From IMG/VR virus record IMGVR_UViG_3300044551_000118: a stretch of 32,397 bases of DNA; one strand, 5' to 3'. Of the stretch, positions 16,481-25,766 are shown piece by piece. The notes under the pieces were generated by a model. The model was not told the DNA's origin. It did not search any database and saw nothing but the letters and a program-made list of their open reading frames with translations. How positions within the stretch are numbered: the first letter of the stretch is position 1; the number at the start of each line of letters is the position of its first letter. A program made the translations under genes and the position numbers. The stretch comes from a virus (Duplodnaviria > Heunggongvirae > Uroviricota > Caudoviricetes).

Positions 16481-17302
16481 ATGCTCAAGCCTTTCGTCGT
16501 CACGTTCGCCGTCCCCGCCCGCAACTGGCTGACGACCACCGGCGACGAGAACAGCTCCCGGCGAGCGAAGGTGAGGCACGATCTGCGCGCCTACGGCAAG
16601 CGGGTGTGGTCCGATGCCCTCAGAGCCGGCTGCCCGCGCGTGGACCGCTTCATGCTATGGGTGACCATCGGCGGGCGCCGGGAGTCGCCGGTGCTCTCCG
16701 CTGAGACGCTGAAGCCCCTCATCGACGCCGCGACCGACATGCACGTATGGCCCGACGATGACCCGTACCATCGCGTCTGCACCTGCTACATGCCAGACCC
16801 GCGCCAGGCTCCGCAAGGCAATGCGATCGTGTCCATGTGGGTCATTCCGCTCGACGAATTTGAGAATCCGGCCATGGAACTCATCGCCTCCGTGCCCGGC
16901 GCCCGAGGGACGGGCTTCACGCTGGAGGTGCCCGACCGCGACTGGCTCACGTCGAACATGAAGCTGTCCGCCCCCGAGCGGAAAGCGAAGCAGGGCCGCA
17001 TCATGCGCTCGGCGGCGATGCTCTGGAATGAGGACGCGCCGCTCGGCGCCGATGCGGCGGTGCTCTTCGGCGTGCGCTACCCCGACTCGCGCAAGAAGTA
17101 TCAAGGGGATCCCGACAACACCGCGGAGACGGCCACGGCCATATGGGGCGCGGGCGCGGCGAAACTGCTGTGCCCGGCCTCGCCCTCGCTCTTTGGCTTC
17201 TATCTGCTGGGCAGGCATCCGAGCAGACCGAAACACCACGAGATGGCAATGACGGCATTCACCGTGCCGAAGGATTACAGCTGGCTCGACCGGCTGAAGT
17301 GA
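16481..17302 (+). CDS. Tandem RusA-like Holliday-junction-resolvase-fold protein (273 aa)
   Basis: Two related halves, each beginning VPxRxWLT. Half 1 has ETLKPLIDAATDMHVWPDDD; half 2 has GDPDNTAET. Confidence 0.55.
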   Translation: MLKPFVVTFAVPARNWLTTTGDENSSRRAKVRHDLRAYGKRVWSDALRAGCPRVDRFMLWVTIGGRRESPVLSAETLKPLIDAATDMHVWPDDDPYHRVCTCYMPDPRQAPQGNAIVSMWVIPLDEFENPAMELIASVPGARGTGFTLEVPDRDWLTSNMKLSAPERKAKQGRIMRSAAMLWNEDAPLGADAAVLFGVRYPDSRKKYQGDPDNTAETATAIWGAGAAKLLCPASPSLFGFYLLGRHPSRPKHHEMAMTAFTVPKDYSWLDRLK

Positions 17303-17499
17303 GAGAGAGATGCCGCCGGGGCGACCCTGATCGCATTCTGGGCGGTCAGCGCTCATGCATGGCATACGGCCCGTGAAAGCGCATCGAACAGGGGGGGGTC
17401 TGGTACTTTATTGCTCTGAATATGGGCACATGGGCCGTATGCAGTGACTAGTATCCATATGCGTTTTTCGCGGATTTCTGGCGGAAAACAGCCGAAACT

Positions 17500-17677
17500 G
17501 CATACAGAACATACGGGTGCATACGGCCCATATGCACCCCTCATCCCTACTGCCAGTAGGGCTTTAGCCCCCCTGCATATGAGCATATGGTTTATAGAGG
17601 CTTTGGCATGTTTAAGGGCTATTTCGGGGGTTCTATAGGAAAAGCCGTATGCATATGCAGTTTCGCGCTTTTCGGAG
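17500..17677. repeat. 178-bp direct repeat, copy 2
   Basis: Near-identical to 16257-16434; period 1243 bp. Confidence 0.9.
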
Positions 17678-17719
17678 CTGTCCCCATGCTTCGCGGCCAA
17701 GCGACGCATAGCCGCCATC

Positions 17720-20200
17720 GTGCCCTTCAATCCGTTCAAGAACGCCCCGGCTCCCGCGCCCAAGGCGTCTCCCTCCGCGCTCGCGGCGCCGGAGGAGCCT
17801 CCTGCCGCGCCCTCGGCGTCTGCAGAGACTGATTCCTGGGAGTCGGCATGGGGCGCGGCGACAGGCGGGGAACCTGCCCCGCAGCCCGAGCCTCCTGTCT
17901 CCTCGAACCCGAAGGAAGATCCGGAGCAGCCTGCGCCCCCTCTTGTCGAGGAAGCGCCGACTGGGGCATCTGCGCCCGTTCCCGAAGAGCAGGCAGAGAT
18001 GTCGGTCGCCCCAGTTCGTCCGAAGGATGACGATGCCTCATGGTTCGCAGAAGACGAACCGGAGGACGAGCCTCCTGCCGTATCGCTGTTCGAGGAAGCC
18101 GAACCGGAGGACGAGCCTCCTGCTGTATCGCTGTTCGAGGAAGCCGAACCGGAACAGGCCCCCGCCGCGAAGCCCGCTGCCTCCTCGTGGCTCGATCATC
18201 TCGACGGCACCGACGACGCCGGCGATCTTGATTGGGGCGATGATGCCGCATCTGGCATGGGGCAGCCAGAAGCGAAGCCTACTCCTATCGCGGACGAAGA
18301 CCCCTGGGGCGCGGAGCGGAACGGCGAAGAGCCAACCGCCACAGACGAGCCGGAGGCGTCTGCGGCGGATGACGGCTTCTGGGGCAATGCTCCCGAAGCT
18401 CCTGCCTCGTCGCAGGAAGACGCAGATCCCGTCTCTGCGCATGATGACGACTTCTGGGGCGCTCCCGAAAGCGGCGAAGGCGAGAATGCCCCCCAGGACG
18501 AGTCTTCATCGCAGAAGGCTGCAGAGCCCGACTCGGCGGCGGAGGACGGCTTCTGGGGCGCGACGCCTGCTCCCGTTGAAAAGACGCCGCGGCGGAACGC
18601 CGCGCCCGATGATGATGATTTCTGGGGGGCCGCATCGGATGCAGGCGAAGACGCCCCTGCCCCGGCTGTGGGGCGGACGGAGCGGAAAGCCAGGCCCGGC
18701 GCGAATGAAGAGCCGGAACCGGCTGACGACTTCTGGGGCGCCTCCGCGCCGGACGGGGAAAACGGGCCGGAGGAGACGCCCCCTGCGCCCGCCCCTGCGC
18801 TCGATGACGGCAGCCAAGGCATATCGGAGGCAAGCGAGGAGAGGCGCGTGGAGCCTGCCTCGTCCGACGATGGCTTCTGGGGGCCTTCGGCCCCCTCCTC
18901 GAAGACGGATAATGCAAAGCCCTCTTCGGATGCATCCGACGACGACTTCTGGGGAGATGCGAACGAAGACGCTCCGTCCGCATCGGAGCCCCCCGCGAAC
19001 GCCGCGGAGACGGACGGCGAGAGCACGCAGATCATGCCGGGGCCGCAGCCCCCGAAATCCCACCCCTCGGATGAGGGCAATGACGGCTTCTGGGGCGACG
19101 CCGCGCAAGAGCGCGCCCGGGCCGTCGAAGAGAACGGGCGCGAGGCCGCATCCGATGGAACGCCTGCCGTCGTATCCTCCTCGCGCCCCGGCTTCTTCGA
19201 CGGCCCGTCCCTGCCCGTGCATCTCGACCTCTCCGAGAGCGACGACGAGGAGGGCGACGCCTCCAAATCCTCTGCGGGCGCGGGCGACCTGTGGGACGAT
19301 GCGCCCGCAAGGCCCGCAGCCGCCGCGAGCGCCCCGTTCGGCGTCGAGGATGAAGACGACGTCAGCGAGCACGAGGCGAAGCGCTCCTCTCCGCTCGCGG
19401 ACATCCCGTTCCGCCTCATCGCCATCGTCCTGGCCGCGGTGCTGGCGCTGGGCGCGGGCGGGTTCGGCGTGGCGACGTGGATGAGGCACCGCGCCGCCGA
19501 GAGAACAAAGGCGGAGAACGCGGCGCTGTGCTCCCAGCTCTCCGACGCCCGTGCATCGTGGAAGTCCAAGACGGCGCAGGTCAAGGGGCTGCACGCCCAG
19601 CCTCCCGCCGCGCCATCGTTCGCGTGCTCGTCCACCGGCAACGCCATGCGCGAGAGCCTCGGGCGCATCGCCGCCGCGGACAAGAGGCTCGACTCCGCCA
19701 TCGCGAAGGCCGTGCAAGGCGCGTGGAAGCCGACCGCAGACGGGCTCGCGGGACTCAAGACGAAGCGCCCGGAAGCCTCCGCGGACACGATCGACGCGGC
19801 CCTGACGCTCTCGAAGCAGAGCCCGAGGACCGCCGCCGACCTGCAGTCCATGCAGCGTCAGGCCAAAGCGCTGGACGACAAGGCGGCATCCGAGCAGAAG
19901 GCCGCGGACGCGAAGAAGGCGGCGGCGAAAGCCAAGGCCGACGCGGAGGCGAAGAGGAAGGCGGAAGAAGCAGCCAAGAAAGCCGCGGACGAAGCGGCGA
20001 AGAAGGCCGCGGAGGACGCCGCCAACGCGCCGCAGCCGCAGTACACCCCCGCGTATACGCCGACATATGTGCCCAGATATGCTCCTAGATACGTGCCGCC
20101 GGCCCCAGCGCCCAAGCCCGCCGCCCCGGCTCCGCCCGCCCCGGCTCCGCCCGCCCCGGCTCCAGCGTCTCCCAAAGGCAACTCCGATGCCAGCATGTGA
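17720..20200 (+). CDS. Single-pass membrane protein: long acidic disordered N-terminus with repeated D-D/G-FWG motifs, TM, TolA-like coiled coil and Pro-rich tail (826 aa)
   Basis: Eight FWG motifs; TM IAIVLAAVLALGAGGFGVATW; K/A/E-rich helix; YTPAYTPTYVPRYAPRY and PAPAP repeats. GTG start 9 nt after CGCATA. Confidence 0.8.
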   Translation: MPFNPFKNAPAPAPKASPSALAAPEEPPAAPSASAETDSWESAWGAATGGEPAPQPEPPVSSNPKEDPEQPAPPLVEEAPTGASAPVPEEQAEMSVAPVRPKDDDASWFAEDEPEDEPPAVSLFEEAEPEDEPPAVSLFEEAEPEQAPAAKPAASSWLDHLDGTDDAGDLDWGDDAASGMGQPEAKPTPIADEDPWGAERNGEEPTATDEPEASAADDGFWGNAPEAPASSQEDADPVSAHDDDFWGAPESGEGENAPQDESSSQKAAEPDSAAEDGFWGATPAPVEKTPRRNAAPDDDDFWGAASDAGEDAPAPAVGRTERKARPGANEEPEPADDFWGASAPDGENGPEETPPAPAPALDDGSQGISEASEERRVEPASSDDGFWGPSAPSSKTDNAKPSSDASDDDFWGDANEDAPSASEPPANAAETDGESTQIMPGPQPPKSHPSDEGNDGFWGDAAQERARAVEENGREAASDGTPAVVSSSRPGFFDGPSLPVHLDLSESDDEEGDASKSSAGAGDLWDDAPARPAAAASAPFGVEDEDDVSEHEAKRSSPLADIPFRLIAIVLAAVLALGAGGFGVATWMRHRAAERTKAENAALCSQLSDARASWKSKTAQVKGLHAQPPAAPSFACSSTGNAMRESLGRIAAADKRLDSAIAKAVQGAWKPTADGLAGLKTKRPEASADTIDAALTLSKQSPRTAADLQSMQRQAKALDDKAASEQKAADAKKAAAKAKADAEAKRKAEEAAKKAADEAAKKAAEDAANAPQPQYTPAYTPTYVPRYAPRYVPPAPAPKPAAPAPPAPAPPAPAPASPKGNSDASM
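18056..18152 (+). repeat. In-frame 45-bp tandem repeat (EPEDEPPAVSLFEEA x2)
   Basis: Read directly from the sequence; one mismatch. Confidence 0.85.
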
Positions 20201-20212
20201 TCGGCGGAACGT

Positions 20213-20233
20213 GCCCTAGAACGCACGGAAACG
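20213..20233. repeat. 21-bp exact dispersed intergenic repeat, copy 2
   Basis: Identical to 12308-12328. Confidence 0.85.
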
Positions 20234-20344
20234 GCACTCTAGGTGATTTTAACGCCGAACGGCATTCCATCGTCCGCGTCGGCATGCAGAATGCGGCAGA
20301 GGCCCGTTTCGCGCGACCGGCATGCCGGACGCATATGTGCCTGT

Positions 20345-20800
20345 ATGAAGCAAACCGAAATCACAGATTTACTCGACGATCCCGACGGCGCATCCGACGC
20401 GCTGCTCGCGCTGGCGGCGGACCCGCAGGGGCAGGATGCCCTGATCTGCATCGCACTGGGCGAGCGCGACGAGCGGCTGCTCTCCTCCATCATCCACGGC
20501 TCCGCCCTAGCGGCGCAGCGGGCCGTGAAGGGCGTGCTCTCCCGCCGCCTGCTCTCGCCCGACATGGCTTCGCTCGGCGCGTTCACCGACGCCGTGGCCC
20601 GGCTCGAAAGCCCGAACGCCGGGGTCCTCTCCGTGTCCGCATGGGCGACATGGGCGATGGGCGACGACGACTCGGCGCTCGATCTGGCGCACCGCGCGCA
20701 GGCCCTCGCCGCAGGCCAGACCGCGCTGGCGGGAGCCGCCATCGCGCTGATTGAGGCGGGGGAGACCCCGCAGAGCGCCGCGAAGGAGCAGAGCGCATGA
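20345..20800 (+). CDS. DUF4192-like helical protein, short form (151 aa)
   Basis: C-terminal AWATWAMGDDDSALDLAHRAQ...LAGAAIALIEAGETP resembles the DUF4192 C-terminus. No SD; CGCATA 9 nt upstream. Confidence 0.55.
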   Translation: MKQTEITDLLDDPDGASDALLALAADPQGQDALICIALGERDERLLSSIIHGSALAAQRAVKGVLSRRLLSPDMASLGAFTDAVARLESPNAGVLSVSAWATWAMGDDDSALDLAHRAQALAAGQTALAGAAIALIEAGETPQSAAKEQSA

Positions 20801-20952
20801 GCGAGCTCGACGACATGGCGATGCGGTTCGCCGCATCCGCACACACCCCATCCGATGCGGGCAAGCTGTCCGTTGATCTGGCGAAGTGGGCCGACGCGCA
20901 TCTGCGCGCCGCGAACGCCGCGCCGTCCGCGTGGGAGAGGGCCGCGGCATGA
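20797..20952 (+). CDS. Small hypothetical protein (51 aa)
   Basis: ATGA overlaps at both ends and a GAAGGAG SD. Confidence 0.65.
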   Translation: MSELDDMAMRFAASAHTPSDAGKLSVDLAKWADAHLRAANAAPSAWERAAA

Positions 20953-21701
20953 GCGGGGGGCATAAGCCCGCCCGCATGTGGCCCGGGGTGGCGCTGGCGA
21001 CGTTCCTGGCCACGCTGGCGTTCATCATCAGCTTCGACGCGCTGCGCACGCTGGGCCTTGCCTGCGGCATCAACAATGCGCTGGCGTGGATGTTCCCGCT
21101 CATCATCGACGGCTCGACGCTGGCCTTCACATGGGCCGCGTGGGCGTTCAAGACCCGCGCCCTCTCGACGTGGTACCCGTGGGCCGCGCTGGTGCTCTTC
21201 AGCATCTTCAGCCTCATCGGCAACGCGCTGCACGCCCACGCCGTGCGGGTCGGCGCGATGATGCTGCCAAGCTGGGCCCCATCGATCATCATGACCGTGC
21301 CGCCCATCGCGCTGCTTGCGACGACCCATATGATCGTGTTAGCGGCAAGCCGGACGTATGACGAGATAGCCGCTTCGGAGCCGGTCGCAGAGCCTGCGCA
21401 AGCTGCTCCAGAGCCGGTCATAGAGCCAGAGATGGCACCTGCGCAGGTGGAGGAAGAGACCGCCCCCGCAAGAGAGCCGATGCCGGAGCCGGACGACGAC
21501 CTCAGGGCGCTGGACGAGGCGCTGAGCGCCATCGATAAGCAGGAGCCAGTCGCATCCGAAGCGCATGAAGAAGAGCCTGAGCCGGAATCTCCCGCCCCGG
21601 ACGTGCGCGAGGAATGGCGACGCCGGCTGAGCGGGGACGGCGGCGAACAGCTGATCGACCTGCTGCTGGACAATCCGCAGAGTCTGCCGAACAAATCCTG
21701 A
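20949..21701 (+). CDS. DUF2637-domain membrane protein (SpdA-like, found on actinobacterial mobile elements; 250 aa)
   Basis: AFIISFDALRTL...AWMFPLIIDG...SLIGNALHA...TVPPIALLATTHM, four TM helices and an acidic Pro-rich tail. Confidence 0.8.
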   Translation: MSGGHKPARMWPGVALATFLATLAFIISFDALRTLGLACGINNALAWMFPLIIDGSTLAFTWAAWAFKTRALSTWYPWAALVLFSIFSLIGNALHAHAVRVGAMMLPSWAPSIIMTVPPIALLATTHMIVLAASRTYDEIAASEPVAEPAQAAPEPVIEPEMAPAQVEEETAPAREPMPEPDDDLRALDEALSAIDKQEPVASEAHEEEPEPESPAPDVREEWRRRLSGDGGEQLIDLLLDNPQSLPNKS

Positions 21702-21709
21702 CGTGACAA

Positions 21710-21755
21710 GCAAAAGGCCACCTGCCGAATCCCAATTCGGCAGGTGGCCTTTTGC
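21710..21755. terminator. Perfect 21-bp stem bidirectional terminator
   Basis: GCAAAAGGCCACCTGCCGAAT-CCCA-ATTCGGCAGGTGGCCTTTTGC, with A and T tracts on the two sides. Confidence 0.85.
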
Positions 21756-21974
21756 ATTGACGGGCAGCTGCGCCGGGGCAGCGTTGGATGAACGCACGTG
21801 AACTGGGCGCAATCGTCTGTCATGCCGTTATATGCGTCCGCAGACAAAAGGAGGAGGCCATGCGGTCCGTCTTCCCGCGCGAACGCGATGGAAGGACCAC
21901 ATGGCCTCTTGAGGGCGCCGCATCGCGTCTTGGGCTTGCGGACAAGACCTTGGAGCTTCGCGGCTGGAACGATG

Positions 21975-22139
21975 CTATGCGCCCGCGCCCTGCAGCTCCT
22001 TCGCGCGGCGGCGCAGCGCGTTCAGCCATCGTCCGATGGCATCTCGGGTCAGATTCGCACTCTCCTCGTCGCCCGCAATGATATCGGAGACGGAAGTCTC
22101 CATGCTCTCGATGCCGATGGCGCTTGCCGTAGCGGTCAT
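21975..22139 (-). CDS. Possible small hypothetical protein (54 aa)
   Basis: MTATASAIGIESMETSVSDIIAGDEESANLTRDAIGRWLNALRRRAKELQGAGA downstream of the clamp gene. Weak RBS and a competing plus-strand ORF. Confidence 0.35.
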   Translation of the reverse strand: MTATASAIGIESMETSVSDIIAGDEESANLTRDAIGRWLNALRRRAKELQGAGA

Positions 22140-22224
22140 GCCCGTCACATGCGTCTCTGGATGCGGAGCGGCGGCCCTCCGGACGTATCCGGAGGGCCGC
22201 CGCTCTCGTGAGTCCCGCGCGCCG

Positions 22225-23316
22225 CTAGTCGATGCGCAGCGGCACGACGATCTGGCGCACGAAGCCCGCATCCGACGCGAAGAGCGCCGGGGCCAGCCCG
22301 CCGCGCCCGTTCGCCTTCGCGCACAGGGTGACGACCTCGCCCCTGTCCGCCGCCAGCGCGTCGGTCAGGTACGCGGAGTTGAACGCCAGGCGCTTGGGCA
22401 GCGAGCCGTCCACGTCGGCATCCACCGACGTGCTGAACCCGCCCTCCTCCGCCGAGGCGGCGGTCGAGAGCGTCATCCGGTCATCCGCGAAGCGGAACTC
22501 GACCTTGGTGATGCGCTCGGACGACTGGTCGAACGCGCGGCAGCGCCTGACGGCGTCCAGGAGCATCGCGCGGTCGGCGCGTACGGTCAGCTCGGCGTCC
22601 GCCTGGTCGATGAACGCGCGGTCGATCTGCGGGAAGCCGCCCTCGATCACCCCCGACACGTCCAGGTCGGTCTCGGAGCTGAGCGCCACGGCGCGCTCGG
22701 TCACGCCGAACGACGAGACGCCCGCGGCTGCGCCCTTGAGCCAGGCGCCCGGCGCGATGACGTCGCACTCCAGCCCCTCGGCGGGGATGGAGGCGATGGC
22801 CGCGCGGTAGCGGTCGGTCGCCGAGGCGAACAGCCGCCCGTCCTGCGTGTGCAGCCGGATGCCGCCGAGCACCGCGTTGTTCGGGTCGCGCCCCACGGCG
22901 TGCGATACCGATGCGACCAGCTGCGCGAAGCCGCCGTCCTCCAGCGCCGTCATCGACGCAGGCATCGCGGGCATCTCGGGCGCCAGGGCGTCGGGCATGA
23001 TGCCGACGTAGCCGCGCCCGCGCGTCCCGTCGAAGCGCAGCCTCGTGCCGTCGAGCGTCCACGTCGCCTCGCCCGGCGCGCCGTTCGTCGCGGCTGCGGA
23101 CAGCCACGCGCCGTTCGCGTATGAGACGCCGCTCTCGCTCTCCGATGCGGGGATGGTCGAGCGGGAGAAGCCGGAGGGCGAGCTGCCCTCAAGCGTCACC
23201 GACCCGTCGCCCACGCTTATCTTCAGAGCGGCCCCTGCGGGGCTGGTGGTGTCCAGGATGCGCGAGACGTGGGCCGCGGCGCGCGCCAGCTCCCCCTGAT
23301 CGACCGTGAATTTCAT
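22225..23316 (-). CDS. dnaN: DNA polymerase III beta sliding clamp homolog, element-encoded (363 aa)
   Basis: SD GAAGGAG before ATG 23316. MKFTV start, LGGIRL...ATDRYR, IEGGFP, AFNSAYLTDAL and terminal IVVPLR; length fits a three-domain clamp. Confidence 0.9.
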   Translation of the reverse strand: MKFTVDQGELARAAAHVSRILDTTSPAGAALKISVGDGSVTLEGSSPSGFSRSTIPASESESGVSYANGAWLSAAATNGAPGEATWTLDGTRLRFDGTRGRGYVGIMPDALAPEMPAMPASMTALEDGGFAQLVASVSHAVGRDPNNAVLGGIRLHTQDGRLFASATDRYRAAIASIPAEGLECDVIAPGAWLKGAAAGVSSFGVTERAVALSSETDLDVSGVIEGGFPQIDRAFIDQADAELTVRADRAMLLDAVRRCRAFDQSSERITKVEFRFADDRMTLSTAASAEEGGFSTSVDADVDGSLPKRLAFNSAYLTDALAADRGEVVTLCAKANGRGGLAPALFASDAGFVRQIVVPLRID

Positions 23317-23361
23317 ATGCACTCCTTCAAGTGTGCTGCATGTCGTTGTGTCGGGCAATCG

Positions 23362-23382
23362 TATGCGTCCGCGAAGCGCATA
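23362..23382. promoter_or_regulatory. Back-to-back CGCATA motifs (TATGCG-N9-CGCATA) between the divergent clamp and coupling-protein genes
   Basis: The plus-strand copy ends 10 nt before the SD-less ATG 23393; same layout as 2040-2061. Confidence 0.6.
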
Positions 23383-23392
23383 GCCGCTTCCC

Positions 23393-25747
23393 ATGAAGAA
23401 TCCCAACTGGTATGAGCTCATTCCCGTGCCCACCGCCGCGGTGCCGACCGACGATCAGGCATCGTTCCTGCGCCGCGCCCGGCGCGCAGCCGAGGCGCTG
23501 GGGCTCTCGTCCCGTCCGTCGCTGGACTCCGCGGGCGATCTGCTCAGGCGCGCGGATGGCGTGACGCTGCTCGCCGAGGGACCGAGGCGCTATGTGGCCC
23601 TCGACCCGGATGCGTCCGACGACGCGGCGGCGATGCTTGCGCGCGCGTGCGACGCCACCGCGAAGCCGTGCGAACGGCCCGCCATCCTGGACGAGCGGCT
23701 CGTGTGGGCGCACGCGGTCGTCCCCTCGCTCTCGACGCTGGGGCGTACCGCGCAGGACGATCTGGAGACCGGCGACGACGTGCGCCTGGCCCCGAGCGAC
23801 GGCTCGCTCGTGTACGTGCACGTGCGCCGGCAGGGGTTCATGGAGGTGCACCGGGCGAAGCGGTGGCTGGCCGACGAGTTCAACATGCAGCCGGACACCT
23901 CCAAGCTCGTGCAGGCGGGCACAGGCGTGGCGCGCGTGGGCTGCGCCGCGCCGGACCGGGGCGCCGCGCTCAAAGGCGCGGAGCGCGCCGCCAACTCGCT
24001 CGACCTGGGGCTCACCCCCGGCGTCTCGAAGCACATCAGCCGCCCCGCGCTGGGATTGCTGTGCCTCTCGCTCGTCCCGCTCATCGCCTCCATAGCGCTG
24101 ACCATCTGGCTGCAGTGGCCGCTGCTCGTCCCGTTCGCCGTCATCCTCTTCGCGTTCGCGCTCGTGCGCTATCTGCGCACGCCGAAGAGCGCGGATCTAA
24201 GGCAGCGCCCAAGGCACTACTGGTCGCTCTCGGACAGAATGCGCAAGGCGAAATCCGACGATCTCAAGACCCGGAGCACGGGGGACGAGGAGGGGGCGGG
24301 GGCGCGCAAGCGCCGCGTGCATGCGTACAGCTACCAGCGCTCCACGCTGCCCGTGCCCGCCGCGACGCTCGCCGCGCTGGCGCGTCCGGCCCCCGCGGTC
24401 GAGGGGAGCCGCACGGCGCTGACCGAGGCCCCCGAGTCGCTTCTGAAGGCGCAGGGGCCTCGCGTGGGCGTGGATGCGGGCAGGCGCGACGTGCGCCTTG
24501 CCGCGAACACCTTGTACGGCGGCGTGTTCCTGATGGGCCGCATGGGCGGCGGCAAGTCGAACTCCATGCACGGGCTGGAGCGCTGGGCCGCAGAGCACGA
24601 TGCCCCCGGCGACGCGATGGTGGTCTTCGAGTCCAAGGGCGTGGACTCCGTGCCGCTGCTGCGCTCCCTCATGGGTGGACTGCACGTGGTCGACGTCAAC
24701 GACCCGGCGACCCCGATGATCGACCTGCTTGGGAGCGGCTCGCCGTCCGAGCGCGCGGAGCGCTTCGCCTCGCTGATGCGCGGCGCGCTGGGCGACGGGC
24801 AGATAGGCCCGCGCAGCCGCATGCAGCTGCGCGACGCCGTGTGGCTGGCCCTCGACGTGCTGCCGCTCGATTCCTTCGCGAAGAGCTGCGCCGCGGCGGG
24901 CGCGTCCGTACCGAAGAGCTGGGTCGCGTTCGCCATGGACATCCTGGCCGGCTCCGGCGTGGCGCAGGCCCGCGCGCTGGCGCATGCCGCGCGCATGGCG
25001 GACGACGGCCCCGAGGTCGCGCAGGCCGTCGAGCGCCTTCACGGGGGGGTGAACGAGTCGAGCGGACGCCCACTGGTCTCCGACGGGCAGCTGATCTCCA
25101 CGCTCTCGGCGCCGATGAACAAGATGAGCCTGCTCTCCCAGGCGCCGGCGATCGCCGCGCCGGGGCGCAGGTCGTTCGCATGGCGCTCGATGCTCAAGGG
25201 GTCGGCGCACGCGCCCGCGCGGCTGGTCGTGAACCTCGGCGGCACGGTGGGCGGCGCCCACGAGTCGCTGCCCGAGGACGTGAAGCGTCTGGTCGGCGCC
25301 CTGCTGCTGCAGGGGCTGCGCCAGGAGATCGAGGCGGGCTGCGCGGGCTGGCAGGCGCAGGGCCGGCACATGCGCCTGTTCGCCGACGAGCTCACGGAGC
25401 TGCTCGGCTCCGACGCGGGCACGGCGGGCGGCAACGCGGAGGCGTTCGGATGGATGCATTCCAAGGGCCGCGCCTACGGCGCCGAGCTCACGGCGGGCAC
25501 GCAGTTCCCCGAGCAATTGGATCACGTGACGCTGGCATTGGTCTCCGGCTTCGACGCGAAGCTGTGCTTCGCCATGCGCGCGAGTGATCAGGCGCGGGTG
25601 GCGGGCGACATGATGGGCGTGGAGCCCGAGCGGCTCCAGCAGCTGCCGCTGCACGTGGCCGCGGTGCGCGCGGTGGACGGCGACTTCGCGCTGCTCCCCG
25701 CCATGTTCCTGGCCGTGCCGCACTTCGACGGCGGAGACGCCGCCTGA
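23393..25747 (+). CDS. VirD4/TraD-like type IV coupling ATPase (FtsK-HerA superfamily; 784 aa)
   Basis: Two TM helices, Walker A GRMGGGKSN, Walker B LFADEL and TQFPEQL motif near the C-terminus. Confidence 0.75.
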   Translation: MKNPNWYELIPVPTAAVPTDDQASFLRRARRAAEALGLSSRPSLDSAGDLLRRADGVTLLAEGPRRYVALDPDASDDAAAMLARACDATAKPCERPAILDERLVWAHAVVPSLSTLGRTAQDDLETGDDVRLAPSDGSLVYVHVRRQGFMEVHRAKRWLADEFNMQPDTSKLVQAGTGVARVGCAAPDRGAALKGAERAANSLDLGLTPGVSKHISRPALGLLCLSLVPLIASIALTIWLQWPLLVPFAVILFAFALVRYLRTPKSADLRQRPRHYWSLSDRMRKAKSDDLKTRSTGDEEGAGARKRRVHAYSYQRSTLPVPAATLAALARPAPAVEGSRTALTEAPESLLKAQGPRVGVDAGRRDVRLAANTLYGGVFLMGRMGGGKSNSMHGLERWAAEHDAPGDAMVVFESKGVDSVPLLRSLMGGLHVVDVNDPATPMIDLLGSGSPSERAERFASLMRGALGDGQIGPRSRMQLRDAVWLALDVLPLDSFAKSCAAAGASVPKSWVAFAMDILAGSGVAQARALAHAARMADDGPEVAQAVERLHGGVNESSGRPLVSDGQLISTLSAPMNKMSLLSQAPAIAAPGRRSFAWRSMLKGSAHAPARLVVNLGGTVGGAHESLPEDVKRLVGALLLQGLRQEIEAGCAGWQAQGRHMRLFADELTELLGSDAGTAGGNAEAFGWMHSKGRAYGAELTAGTQFPEQLDHVTLALVSGFDAKLCFAMRASDQARVAGDMMGVEPERLQQLPLHVAAVRAVDGDFALLPAMFLAVPHFDGGDAA

Positions 25748-25766
25748 CGGACGCATACGCGCGCGC

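Noticed and set aside
21860-22081. 73-aa plus-strand ORF with a strong AAGGAGGAGG SD
   Set aside because: The SD is good, but the product is low-complexity in its second half and overlaps a competing minus-strand ORF; cannot be decided without Ribo-seq or homologs.
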